A stretch of DNA of 64,000 bases from positions 9,424,001-9,488,000 of the forward strand of contig NC_043014.1 of NCBI RefSeq assembly GCF_006345805.1. Reading direction: 5' to 3'. The stretch comes from Octopus sinensis. Taxonomy: Eukaryota. The notes below the pieces were generated by a model. It made no database searches, was not told the origin of the DNA, and saw only the letters and a list, made by a program, of their open reading frames with translations. This document shows positions 13,133 through 26,875 of this stretch, in pieces. Made by a program: the position numbers and the translations under genes. Position 1 is the stretch's first letter. Each line of letters opens with the position of its first letter.

Positions 13133-13951
13133 CTCTTACTCACTTTTTACTCTTTTACTTGTTTCAGTCATTTGACTGCGGCCATGCTGGAGCACCGCCT
13201 TTAGTCGAGCAAATCGACCCCGGGACTTATTCTTTGTAAGCCCAATACTTATTCTATCGGTCTCTTTTTGCCGAACCGCTAAGTGACAGGGACGTAAACA
13301 CACCAGCATCGGTTGTCAAGCAATGCTAGGGGGACAAACACACACACACACAGACACCACACAACACACACACACACATATACATATATATATATATCTT
13401 CTCTATATAAACGGCAGTTTGTCTGTGCGTGTTTCTGTGTGTCTGTTTGCTTGTAGTACCCTCACCCTGACCACGGCTTTCAACCGATTCTGATGAAACT
13501 TGACACACACATAGCCCAATGTCATAATTCAAAACTAACGCAGCGAAATTTTGAAAAGTTCCCCATTCTGAAAAAAACGATAAATTCGACATGGGGTCGA
13601 GAATCAGGAATACGAACCACAACGTCTAGGGGACGCAACTCTACCTTTTTTAAATCTCCAAATAAAATTTACCATAATTTTTTTTCCATTTTTTGCTACT
13701 TTTTGGCTATAACTCTCTAAAATGCTTTATAGTTATTTTTCCCTTACAAACCTGAGCAACGCGGGGCGATACTGCTAGTACATACATATATACGACAGGC
13801 TTCTTTCAGTTTCCGTCTACCAAATCCACTCACAAGGCATTGGTCGGCCCGAGGCTATAGCAGAAGACACTTGCCCAAGATGCCACGCAGTGGGACTGAA
13901 CCCGGAACCATGTGGTTGGTTAGAAAGCTACTTACCACACAGCCACTCCTG
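13133..13951 (-). mobile_element. SINE family A interrupted by a Helitron
   Basis: Both halves match 40790-41198; insert at 13397-13778. Confidence 0.88.
13397..13778 (+). mobile_element. Non-autonomous Helitron
   Basis: 5' TC..TCTATATAAACGGCAG; 3' GC-rich hairpin (CCTGAGCAACGCGGGG) then CTAG; lies between A and T, no TSD. Confidence 0.85.
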
Positions 13952-14713
13952 AGCTGTTTATTTCAGTAGGCAAAGTAGGCATTGGATAAATAAACGAGAA
14001 ATCTGGACTCGCCTGGATTTGAAATCAGAAAGGAACTTTCCGGAAGAAATACCGCAAAAGTTTTTCCCGTTGTTTTAGCGATTCTGCCAAGCCAAAGCTC
14101 TGAAGCACAATACAACCATATTATGCAGGATATATGCAATGGAATGGAAATACAAAAGAAAGAGCGAACACTGCATATTCTCAATGAGCACTGAACTACG
14201 GTAGATTCTGCATTGGAAGTAGGTATTACCGACAATAACAACAACGATAATATACCACAATGGTTGTAAATTCGCACGTTTCTTGTCCGTGCGCGTGATC
14301 ACGCATTCACGTGTGTCTCTATTTGTATGTATGTATGTATGTATGTATGTATGTATGTATGTATGTATGTATGTATGGATGGATGGATGGATGAATGGAT
14401 GGATGGATGGATGGATGTTTGTATGCGTGTGTGTGTATGTGCGTTCAGATATGTGTATCAATAACTAAATATATAAAAGAATGTATATATGTATATTTTA
14501 TATATATATATATATATACATATATATATACACATATATATACATGTATATATATATACATAGATATATATACATATACATACATATATATGTATATATA
14601 TATACATAATATTATATATATATACATATATATATAACATATATACATATAATATATACCTAATATATTACATATATATATATTATATATATATACACAT
14701 ATCTATACATATA

Positions 14714-14776
<63 letters not shown>

Positions 14777-15491
14777 GATAGATAGATATATGAAGTTTAT
14801 GGTTATATATATATAAACACACATATAACACATATATACATAGATACATTTACATATATGCGTGTGTGTAGGTACGTGAACGTACGCCTGCGTGCGTGTG
14901 TGTATATGTCTGTGTGTGGTGAGCATAAACCTTCAATAACGCATTTAAAACATATTCCTCCATTCACACAAAGAACATTATCAAACTTCGTATATTCTAG
15001 ATACGGTTATATTCACACTTGCAAATATGCTTTCTTTGATTCATATTTACTATTCGATTACATTTGAATAAGACGCTACATGACACTCTACAGCATTCTA
15101 TTTATTCCATGTTATTCCGATGCACCAGTGACTCTTCATACAATTTGCTGAATCTTTTGTATTCACTCCGAATATGATAAATGAAATTGCATTTGTTTTC
15201 CCCATCTTCTACACATATACCTATGCATATACATACACGCGCTTCCTCAGATGTTTTGCGTATACATCTAATTTATGCTGCCATGCATATTTGGAATTCT
15301 TTTAGCCGAGGGCCATCAGGTGTTGTGTAATTCGCTGATTTGTGTAGATGTGCTTCTGTAAAAATTAATTCTAAAATTTACGTTTGAAAACTATAAATTT
15401 TCCATCCTGCATATTTCCGAATTATCTGGAAGCAAAATATCACGTTTATGTAAATAATACTACATATACCACACACACACAACACACACAC

Positions 15492-15550
<59 letters not shown>

Positions 15551-15884
15551 TTATTTATTTATTTATATTTATTTATTATATATATATATTATATTTATTT
15601 ATTTATATTTATTTATTTATGTATTATATATATATATATATTATATATTATATGTATGTATTCATGGATGGATGGCTGGATAATATATATTTCTCTGTGT
15701 GTGTGTACACATATATTCATATATCCTTGTATTTATATATACACATATATACACATATGTATACATTACATAGGCAAACTTATATATTACTTATATATAT
15801 CTATATATCTATACGTAACACATAAACACAGCATATGGCAGTTATATTGTGTTTCTAGAAAATGTAGAGCTATATACAAGTATG

Positions 15885-15938
<54 letters not shown>

Positions 15939-16810
15939 ATATACATTTGTGTATGTGTGTGTGCGGTTGTCTGTGTCTTTAGTGTATGTGTGAGCGTATG
16001 TCAATGTGTATGTATAACGATTCTTCTTGTCGGAAACAACAAATGAATGTTCCGCAAATTTTTACTGAATCGCTTACATTGATCATTCGTGTATATTTAT
16101 AAAATATGTGTGATGTACCCTCCATTGACATTGCATTTACCGATGCACAGAATGTCACACCTGGCATGGCATGCCCTTCCGGTATTCGAAACTACAAACT
16201 CGAATGCAACCCATTAACCACTAAAACATGTACGAATCTGTCATATATATTTACCAATGTGCACATATATTTATATGTAACTGATAGTATGGCTTCTTAA
16301 ACCATTTGTAATTCCTCTTAATATTCTTTTATATTGTACCATTTGTCGTTGACTTTCACTTTCCTCTTGTCTCTATAACCGCAGGCGTGGCTATGTGGTA
16401 ACAATAGGAGCCGGCGTAGCTGTGTAAACAGAAACACATGGTGCTAGTTTCAGTTCCATTCTGTGATACCTCAGTCAAGTATCTTCTAATATAACCTCGG
16501 TCTGACCAAAGCCGTGTGAATACATTTGGTAGACGAAGACTGGAATTAGTGGATGCTTATATGACTGGTATGAACTCATGCACCATACATCTTACGTGAG
16601 GGCGCTTATACATCCATATCTTTTAATGATTATTTTTAATACTTTTCTCGCTGTGTTGCATGTTTAATTACTTTGTTTTTGAATCTGTTCCCTTATTACT
16701 GATCTTCTATATAAGTGAAGTTATATCTTTTAATTTCCAGCTTTTGTTTTTACATGAAGTGAGACCATACATTGCGAATCCGTTATTTTAACGAGTTATA
16801 TCTATTTATC

Positions 16811-16911
16811 ACTCGAAGAGACATATCTGCACAGTCGAATACTCCTGAAACAGTTGTTAAGTATCCCATCTGTGAGGGATCGATGTGAGATATCTCGAAA
16901 CAATTGTCATG
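16811..16911 (+). ncRNA. Tandem pair of decayed minimal HHR-like motifs
   Basis: ACT-CGAAGA...GAAAC AGTT GTT-AAGT then CAT-CTG-TGA-GGGAT..ATCTC-GAAAC AATT GTC-ATG (A6 missing). Confidence 0.5.
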
Positions 16912-16958
16912 ATTAATAACAACAATTCTGATATCTTTCATCTTCCGTCTTTCATTTA

Positions 16959-16997
<39 letters not shown>

Positions 16998-17291
16998 GTA
17001 ATATTAGGGTAAGGCTTTCCTATGATGGGAGCCTCTTAATGTGTTTTACTGTACACGATATCTTATATGAATTATATATATATATAATGCTTATAGTGTA
17101 GGAAAATTAGAGAAACGTTTCTACTAGTGGCTAGCATGCATAAAATAGTCAATAGATAACATATTTTTCATACAAAATTAGGGACTATAAACAGGACATC
17201 TTACATGTTAAAAGGAACAGTCAAAGCCCAAACCACGGTTAGGTGTAATTTTGAAGGGGGTGAAGAATAAAAACATTTTCAATTGTTACTA

Positions 17292-17503
17292 CTTGTTCCT
17301 AGGTTTCGAACAATAATGAACAAATTAAAATAATTTTTTATGTGTGCTCCCATCAGAAAAGGCGCAAAACATTAACGTATAATTATGGGACAAATAGACA
17401 ACACATTTCTCATTTTTATACATCATAATTTTTCAAATCCACCGCGCAAGCGCAGTTATAGTCGGTAGCAAATAAAAACATATATGTCGACTTTCTTCAG
17501 AAC
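17292..17503 (-). ncRNA. Tandem pair of decayed HHR-like motifs inside an inverted-repeat PLE-type remnant
   Basis: CTGAAGA-AAGTCG..CGACTA-TAAC TGCGCTTGCGC GGT (17438-17503) and CTGATGG-GAGCA..TGTTC-GAAAC CTAG GAA (17292-17361). Confidence 0.45.
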
Positions 17504-17744
17504 TATTGAAAATGATTTTATTTTTCATCCCTTTCGAAATTACTCTTAACCGTGGTTTGGGCTTGTAAGGTGCCCTTTTTAGGGTCACCAATTTTGTGTA
17601 TAAATGTACATTAATTTTATGTATTACATGATTTTTATGTTTTACTTTGAGTCCAATCTTTCCTTCCCTGCCTCAGATTCGTTATTGAGGGAATATTTTG
17701 CGCTACAGAAGTTACCATTTTTATGTGAATGTTTATATGCATAC

Positions 17745-17897
17745 GAGTGTCTATGTGGTAAGTAGCTTGCTTACAAACCACATGATCCCGGGTTCAGTCC
17801 ATGCGGACACATTGGGCAAGTGTCTTCTACTATAGCCTCGGGCCGACCAAAGCTTTGTGAGTGGATTTCGTAGACGGAAACTGAAAGAAGCCCGTCG

Positions 17898-17980
<83 letters not shown>

Positions 17981-18200
17981 CGTATGTATATGCTTGTGTG
18001 TCTGTGTTTGTCCCCCCAACATTGCTTGACAGCAGAGGCTGGTGTGTTTACGTCCCCGTAACTTAGCGGTTCGGCAAACGAGCCCGATAGAATAAGTACT
18101 AGGCTTACAAAGAATAAGTCCTGCGGTCGATTTGCGCGAGTAAAGGCGGTGCTCCAGTATGGCCACAGTCACATGACTGAAACAATTAAAAGAGTAAAAA
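17745..18200 (+). mobile_element. SINE family A with expanded internal (TA)n
   Basis: Matches 55093-55509. Confidence 0.85.
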
Positions 18201-18484
18201 TGAGTAAGAGTAAAGCGTATGCAGATAATATTTGTATCTCATAACATTCATTAAGTGGCGACATTTAATCATTATTTATTTAAATGAAGTAATTATAATG
18301 TAAAAGAAACCTCTCAGAAATTAATTCGCAAGCAATATAAAATGTGTGTTAATATGTGTGAGTGTGTGTGTGTGTCTGTGTTTCTGTGTGTATGCATGTG
18401 TGTAGGGAAAGAGGAATGAGTGGATGGATGGATGGATGGATGTGCTTGAGTGTAATTAGTTTTACTCGTGTGTGTATACATCCA

Positions 18485-18565
<81 letters not shown>

Positions 18566-18962
18566 TATATGCTGCTTCATGTGTAGAAGAAGATATAGAT
18601 ATAAACACGAAGCAATGAATATAATCAATTTTCATTGCCGAAAATAGAATCAGCTTTATTTTTCTTCTGCTCTAAATCTTAGACGGCTGAGCAGGGGAAG
18701 ACGTACAATTACTAATTGTAGCAGCAACATTAAAATGGTCTGATGTTTTTTATTTGCAAGGTATGGATAAGTGTGAAGGCAGGTTCGATTACACGGATCG
18801 CCTGAAAAACATTTCCGGCACCGCTAAGTATGCAATATTATTGGTAAAACTTATAGATAGATAGTATTTTGTGACTGCATTTGAGATATGCTGGTGTCAC
18901 TTTCGCAAGTCACCCAGGACGAGACCATTGAGCAACATACCTTCTATGATAACCGTGCTTAT

Positions 18963-19552
18963 ACCTATTTCTTTACTTCCCACAAGGGATTAAATGCAGA
19001 GAGGACAAACAAGGACAGACATAGGTATTAAGTCGATTACATCGACCCCAGTGCGTGACTGGTACTTATTTAATCGATCCCGAAAGGATTAAAGGCAAAG
19101 TCGACCTCGGCGGAATTTGAACTCATAACGTAAAGACAGACGAAATACCTATTTCTTTATTACCCACAAGGGGCTAAACACAGAGATGACAAACAAGGAC
19201 AGACAAACCGATTAAGTCGATTACATCGACCCCAGTGCGTAATTGGTACTTATTTAATCGATTCCGAAAGGATGAAAGGCAAAGTCGACCTCGGCGGAAT
19301 TTGAACTCATAACGTAAAGACAGACGAAATACTTATTTCTTTACTACTCACAAGGGGCTAAACACAGAGATGACAAACAAGGACAGACAAACGGATTAAG
19401 TCGATTACATCGACCCAGTGCCTAATTGGTACTTATTTAATCGATTCCGAAAGGATGAAGGGCAAAGTCGACCTCGGTGGAATTTGAACTCAGAATGTAG
19501 CGGCAGACGAAATGCCTATTTCTTTACTACCCACAAAGGTAGTAAAGAAATA
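18963..19552 (-). mobile_element. SINE family C tandem array (~3 units of ~180 bp)
   Basis: Repeated ATTTCTTT..CACAAG..AAAGTCGACCTCGG..GAATTTGAACTC..GACGAAAT units. Confidence 0.9.
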
Positions 19553-20777
19553 ACATTTGAAACAGTGTTGCTATCAAAAACGTATTCGACCACATCCAAA
19601 ATGTTCGTTCTAGCTTCTCGCCCACATACAAGCTCATAACTTCCGTTTTTTGGGCCAGGGTATTCGCACGGTAGCTTCTCAGCTACTACCTTTTTCTCTT
19701 CCGTACTCCCTTACCATCTTCGCTTTCACGTTATGTTTTACAATTGACCAACGTAAAGCTTGGCTTCTACGGCCTCTTATAGATTTATAAGTCATTATGA
19801 GGCGTGTTATACAGTAAATTTTCCGCGGGTAAACTACTTACTGTCTATGCACATTTGGCTGGAATATAATGTATTGTTGTAACATTCATGATACGAAATG
19901 TTAGAAATGCGACGTTTAATGATATTTTCCTTCTAAACACTTCAAGTTTACAAGAAGTAATTTTAGAACTTGTGCGTGTATTGCAATTTTGAACAATCGT
20001 TACCCGTATAATCTAATAATCTTTATAATAGTTTGTGCTTAAACCGATACTTACGCGAAACGCTTTCAAAGCCTATCGAGCTGATGGAAATTAAGAGGCC
20101 ATCATTTCGATAAATGCCTAATTTTGTCAGACAGTTTTTTCCTTACGCAAATGGAATAAGATATGTAAATAATAGTGCACGTACGTTAGCCGCTAAGGGT
20201 TAAATCTCACTTTGCTAAACTGAGAATTTACAATAATACACTTTTGTCTATTTTGTGAATCAAGTTTATTATTTAGGCAATAGTTTTTCTATAAAGCCAA
20301 TTTCAGTTGTCACTAATTTTAACGCTAATTACATCTAAAATTTATCGGTTGAATAGAAACTGTTCTCCATTCGACAAAGTGTCAGATAAAAATGAAATGG
20401 ATGTAAGATTTAAATACAATTTGAACGTTACGTGCTGCAAAATAATCAGTCATGTCTTCTGTTATAAATTTAACAGTCAGCATTTTCATTGTCTTTCACA
20501 ATGCTAGGAAACATACGAGAATTCGTTTTCTTTCATTTCTTTTTCTTTTATGGTTAGAATAAAATAAGAAGAAATATTTATTGTAAAAAGAAGCAAACTC
20601 AGGAAGCACTTAAGAAGTTTGTGCAATATTTTTTCGCCAAGAAAAGAATGACAGGTACTTCAAAATTTTGCCGTTCGACGCCTGGATTCTGCATAAGCAT
20701 ATTTATATGCCAAAGTGAAGGCGCGTGGCTTACTCATTAATAAAGTGGGCTCAAATTCATAAGGTATTGCGTTGGAT

Positions 20778-20955
20778 TCGTAGCGGCAGACGAAATACCT
20801 ATTCTTTACTACTCACAAGGGGCTAAACACAGAGATGACAGACAAGGACAGACAAAATGATTAAATCGATTATATCGACCTCAGTGCTTAACTGGTACTT
20901 ATTTAATCGACTCCGAAAGGATGAAAGGAAAAGTCGATCTCGGCGGAATTTGAAA
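20778..20955 (-). mobile_element. SINE family C unit abutting a LINE fragment
   Basis: Same unit as the arrays. Confidence 0.8.
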
Positions 20956-21688
20956 TGCTGTTGAAAGGCCTTACAGATTTTACTTGGCTCGAGTAATTCA
21001 CACCCCTGTTCAGAATGGTGGCTTTCATGCCCTGTTGCGCCTTCGTCACCCGGGCCTCTCACGCGGCTCCAACACCTTCGTTCCTTAGAGCACGCATCCT
21101 AGCTCTGACAACACACACTGACGTGTTGGTCGAGGGCCAACCTCGCCGCCAAACCGTCGGTTTCGATGCCTCTTCTAATCGCCTCTTCTAGTTTCTTAAC
21201 TAGCTCAACCTCTACTCTATTTCTATCTATGGTTAGTACTTTGCTATACCTAATCGCTTCTGCTTTTATTGCTCTCTTTAGGGAAAAGCACCATTTGTTG
21301 ATGATGGCTCCCGTCAAAGCCCTCTTTACTAGCGTGCTAATCCGGTCTCTGAAAACATGTCTCGAAGGGAAAGACGGGTTTAGTTTCCACTACCCGGGAC
21401 CCTGCCTATGTGTCTTATCTAAGTCTAGCGTACAGGTAACAAGCTTCCGATCCGTGTAGCTGATTATGTGGAATTGTGGACACCCTACGCTATCTCTATC
21501 TACTGTCCTACACAGTATCCTATCTAGAACCGATCTCGATGACCCGATGCGGTTACTCCATGTCCACGTTGGCGTATTCCCGTAGTCGAGTCGGTAACTG
21601 CTAAACAGTTGAAAGAGTCTGCACAGGACTCCGAGGCATTTGCTTCGAAGGCTATTCCTATCTCTGCCCACGTAGTCTAAATTATGGA
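20952..21688 (-). mobile_element. Tx1/L1-clade LINE ORF2 fragment (APE C-terminus + linker)
   Basis: PTWTWSN..SRSVLDRIL..SYTDRKLV..GPG*WKLN..WCFSLKRAIK; stops and frameshifts. Confidence 0.82.
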
Positions 21689-21720
21689 TAGATAGATAGA
21701 TCGACAGATAGATAAATAGA

Positions 21721-21772
<52 letters not shown>

Positions 21773-21851
21773 TACATCATATATAGCTACCCACCTATAC
21801 GTGTGCTTGTATTATGCTTAATTATATAAATCCATGTCTATCTAGCTATCA

Positions 21852-21896
<45 letters not shown>

Positions 21897-21927
21897 TAAT
21901 ATATATATACATATATATATATACACA

Positions 21928-21977
<50 letters not shown>

Positions 21978-21979
21978 CA

Positions 21980-22637
21980 CTAGCAGCATAGCCCGGCGTT
22001 GCTCGGGTATGTTAGTGCCCCTAGTAGGCAACGACTAATCCCATTCGAGACTTTACCCCCAACACCGCCACTTCTGCTAATAGCTGCTGCAGCCGCAAGT
22101 TATTCGAATACTTTTTTGTTTACACTTTCTTTATAACTACCACCCCAAACGTTTTACCTTAAATTTTTGACGTACCCTAAGGGTCCTCGGACGCTACTTG
22201 CAAACTCTTGGTTTATTATAAACCGCTTTTGTCGTGTGCATCAAAAAACCTTTTCTATTCGTTTGTTCAGTTTGGTCACTTTTGACTTTTTCGTTGTCAC
22301 TCACATTGCTGCCCGCCTTTTTGCCGTTTTTGTACATTTTTATACATTTTGGGATACTTACCCCACGTGTTCCGAGAGTTAAAAAGGTCGAGTTGCGTCC
22401 CCTAGACAGTCTGTAGAAATGGGTTGCATATAAAAAGCTTAGATCCTCGACCCATGTCGAATTTATAGATTTTTTCAGAACTGGGGGAACTTTTCAAAGT
22501 TCTCGCTGAGTTAGTTTTGAATTATGACATTGGGCTCTGTGTGTGTCAAGTTTCATCAGAATCGGTTGAAAGCCGTGGTCAGGGTGAGGGTACAACCTGA
22601 CAGACACACAGACAGACAAACTGCCGCTTATATATAT
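21980..22637 (-). mobile_element. Non-autonomous Helitron, long variant
   Basis: 3' CCCGAGCAACGCCGGG-CTATGCTG-CTAG; 5' half homologous to 13397-13778 and 45248-45629. Confidence 0.85.
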
Positions 22638-22753
22638 AATATATTATATATATATAATATATATATAATATATAATATATATATACATATAATATATATA
22701 CATATATACATATATATATATACATATATATATATACATATACATATATATAC

Positions 22754-22798
<45 letters not shown>

Positions 22799-22969
22799 CG
22801 TACATATATATAATATATATATATATATATATAATATATATAGGTAAAACTTAGATAAAACTTAGATATGTTTCGACCAAAGATTGCTCCAGGCCATGTC
22901 TAACTTAATACCACCACCTGATTATACATATATATACATACATACATACATACATACATAATATATATA

Positions 22970-23031
<62 letters not shown>

Positions 23032-23661
23032 TATATAACACACACACACATACATATACATAAGGGTCGTTAATAATAACTACAGGTAATACGTTACTCT
23101 CTCCTTAGCGCCAAATTTGATATCTTTTAATAACAATACCTTTTAGGTATGTCTTTATTTAAAACGCTCAAGTGAAGTCTATTTAGATTTTTGACCTTCG
23201 ATATTAAAATTTTTCCGGCAAAATCAATTTCAGTCAAAAATTTCCTCATAATAGTATTTCCCTATATAATTTTACACCCACGTATATTAATGGATGTTGA
23301 AAACCATATAGAATACTATTGTTTGCAGTTGTTTATCCATTCTTATTCCTTTCAGCATTCTATCCAAATTTGCCATAATTCACTTTCCTCATGTATTGAA
23401 TATAGAAACTTTATCGTCGGTAATTTTAGCTTTTTATTAATTTACCCACAAATATAGCAAAAGTTGTGATTTATAGATTGAAAAGAATTGCCCATACCAG
23501 TACAAATATTATGGCCTACAAAATATATCCTAAAGCGTTTAATATTAATGTACATTGAGATTTATATAATAACATATATATCTATACATACATGCATGCA
23601 CACACGCACAAACACACACATATATATATATATACACACACACACATACACACACACACAA

Positions 23662-23699
<38 letters not shown>

Positions 23700-23919
23700 T
23701 ATTTCTGTCTGGGAGATTTTCTTATGGTAGTGAAATAGTTAGTTTTAACTACTATTTCTAAATTTCGGTATATGGGGACGCAAATATTTGCTGAAATCTA
23801 ATTATGATTATACTCATAAATATAAATTTTTTGTTTAAGTTTACCGATAATGGTTCTTTTAACATGCCGAATACTACTTGGTAAAATTATTAATTATTAA
23901 TTAATTAATTAATTTAACC

Positions 23920-23983
<64 letters not shown>

Positions 23984-24224
23984 CAAAATGTGACAAGAAG
24001 GCAAAACATCCAGAAGACGATACAAAAAACACGGACTGGTCATTCGAAGCCTTTAATCTTCAGTCAAGAACCGGATCATCCTCCCAATTTCGGCTGATTA
24101 ATCTTGAGATTGCTCCAATTTGGCCACCCACAAGGAAAAACTAAGTTAAGAGCATTAGATTCCTTGGAAAAAAAGTTTCCAATGTATAAGAAACGAGGAC
24201 GGGAAAACGGACGATGTTACACGA

Positions 24225-24262
<38 letters not shown>

Positions 24263-24796
24263 TATATATGATATATACATATATATGTGTGTATGTGTTA
24301 TGTGCGTGTGTCTGTGTGTGCGTGCATATGCATATATATGTGCAAATATATGTTACAAGTACTTGACATGCAATATTACGTGTTGAAGCGGGTGTTGGTA
24401 TACGTCTACATGCATAAACACTCATTTGGCTGCTGCCATATATACGACGGGCTTCTTTCAGTTTCCGCCCACCACATCCCGTCGTTTCTATAGTAGAAGA
24501 CTCTAGCTCAATGTGTGACACAGCGAGACTGAACCCGGAGCCATGTGATTCATAAGCAAGTTTTCTAAAAACGGAGAAAAAGACAACAAGAAAAAAAAAA
24601 ACAACAACATGAGGACATACCACACGCAAAACTGAGTGGACTGGATCAATGTGAAATAAAATCCCTTGCTCAAGGATACATTGCATCGCCAGGAATTGAG
24701 CTCGCGACCTTATAAATATTTAGCCGATTACCCTAACCACTAAGCTACGTGCGTTTTATGTATTTATAAATGTATATTATTTTATATACAACTATG

Positions 24797-25194
24797 AAGG
24801 AGTGGCTGCGTGGTAAGTAGCTTGCTTACCAACCACATGGTTCCGGGTTCAGTCCCACTGCGTCGCACCTTGAGCAAGTGTCTTCTACTATTGCCTCGGG
24901 CCGACCAAAGCCTTGTGAGTGGATTTGGTAGACGGAAACTGAAAGAAGCCCGTCGTATATATGTATATATATACATGTGTGTGCGTGTGTGTTTGTGTGC
25001 CTGTGTTTGTCCCCCTAGCATTTCTTGACAACCGATGCTGGTGTGTTTATGTCCCCGTCAATTAGCAGTTCGGCAAAAGAGACCGATAGAATAAGTCCTG
25101 GGCTTACAAACAATAAGTCCCGGGGTCGGGTTGCTCGACTATAGGCGGTGCTCCAGCATGGCCGCTGTCAAATGACTGAAACAAGTAAAAGAGT
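24797..25194 (+). mobile_element. SINE family A with TSD
   Basis: TATATACAACTATGAA on both flanks. Confidence 0.9.
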
Positions 25195-26302
25195 ATATTA
25201 TATACAACTATGAATACAGAATTTATCGTGAGAAACACGCCGAGACAAGTGCCGGGCTATAGTGATTTTTCTCTGAGAGTATTTTACAAATGGATTTAAA
25301 AACTGTTTGTCAACTCTTATTTCTCTATTAATTATCTCCGGAACATCCATATTCAGTTTGTTTTTTATCATTTCTGTGACCTCTATGGAATTCAATTGTT
25401 GACCAAATGAATTGCGTTCAAGTTTCTTCATATTTGTTCAACTACAGTTTCAGGTATCCTATTAGAATCTTGGTTGAATTATAAAGTCACAATTATATAT
25501 ATTCAAATCTGGGAGACTATTGTCTCAATGTGAATACAAATTATAGATGAATACAGATTATAGATGTTTTTTTTTTTCAATTTTGCAATCTTTATCATTT
25601 TATTTGTAATTAAATTAGTAAAAAAAACTTAAGAATAATCTTATATTTGTATATCTAGTAAAATATGATGATGTAGTAAAAAAAAAAATACTAAGAAACG
25701 GAAAGAAATGGTTTATTCATTTAAAATTATCTTATGTATAAATTTTAAATTATCTTACGTATGAATTTTATATAAAATGTATATAATTTACCTTTTATGA
25801 ATGATCTAAATGATGGGGATCCGATACTATAAATCTCGTCAAAATTTGTACCCTAGAAAAAATTGTAATGTGATCATAAATAAATTTTAATGTGCGTAAG
25901 GGATACATTCCAGTTTAAGACAATAGGTTATTTTAGAAAGTGTCTTCTCGAAGTGTTGTAAATGCGAGGACTCTAATACTAAAAGATCCTAAAAGTATCT
26001 CAAATTTCCGAATTGCCCTCAATACATTTTGAATTGTGATTGGTTTCTATCCAATTCAACTTTGATTTCGGTTCCGTATAGATGGAGGTATGGTGTAAGT
26101 GTTTTTACGGATAGCATTGTGCAAGCTAACGTATTTCCGACTTGTTAATATTTGAAACATATAGGTTTTCACATGTTGTGTAGAAAGAAAAATGTAGGTG
26201 CAAGAAAAGAAAACACAAAAATACAGAGACGATTCCTTTGGGCGTAAACTGTGACTGCTATTTCGGTGTGACTTCAAGTAAAAAAAAGTATGAAACTTAT
26301 CA

Positions 26303-26875
26303 TCCTATTTCTTTACTACCGACAAGAGGCTAAACACAGAGAAGACAAACAAGAACAGACAAACGGATTAAGTCGATTATATCGACCCCAGTGCCTAACT
26401 GGTATTTATTTAATCGCTCGGCGGAATTTGAACTCAGAACGTAGACAGACAAAATACTTATTTCTTTACTAGCCACAAGGAGCTAAACACAGAGAGGACA
26501 AACAAGAACAGACAAGCGGATTTAGTCGATGATATCGACCCCAGTGCCTAACTGGTACTTATTTAATCGACCCCGAAAGGATGAAAGGCAAAGTCGACCT
26601 CGGCGGAATTTGAACTCAGAACGTAAAGACATACGAAATACTTATTTCTTTATTTCCCACAAGGGGCTAAACACAGAGAAGACAAACAAGGACAGACAAA
26701 CTGATTAAGTCGATTACATCGACCTCAGTGCGTAACTGGTACTTAATTTATCGACCCCGAAAGAATGAAAAGCAAAGTCGACCTCGGCGGAATTTGAACT
26801 CAGAACGTAACGGTAGACGAAATACCGCTAAGCATTTCGCCCGATGGCCTAACGTTTCTGCCAGCTCACCGCCTT
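26303..26875 (-). mobile_element. SINE family C array (head + 3 units)
   Basis: Single head; TSD ATCATCCTA. Confidence 0.9.

Noticed and set aside
13490-13500. CTGATGA in Helitron copies (also ~22553 and ~45336) as a hammerhead core
   Set aside because: No helix II followed by GAAA and UH.
13963-14277. Minus-strand ORF resembling a signal peptide plus Cys-rich region
   Set aside because: GTG start, hydrophobic run comes from an (ACA)n-like repeat, and the 3' part runs into SINE debris; no homology recognised.
18745-18835. Possible short exon (MDKCEGRFDYTDRLKNISGTA)
   Set aside because: Weak splice sites and no recognisable homology.
20186-20203. piggyBac-like end (GCTAAGGG-TTAA)
   Set aside because: No matching opposite terminus found.
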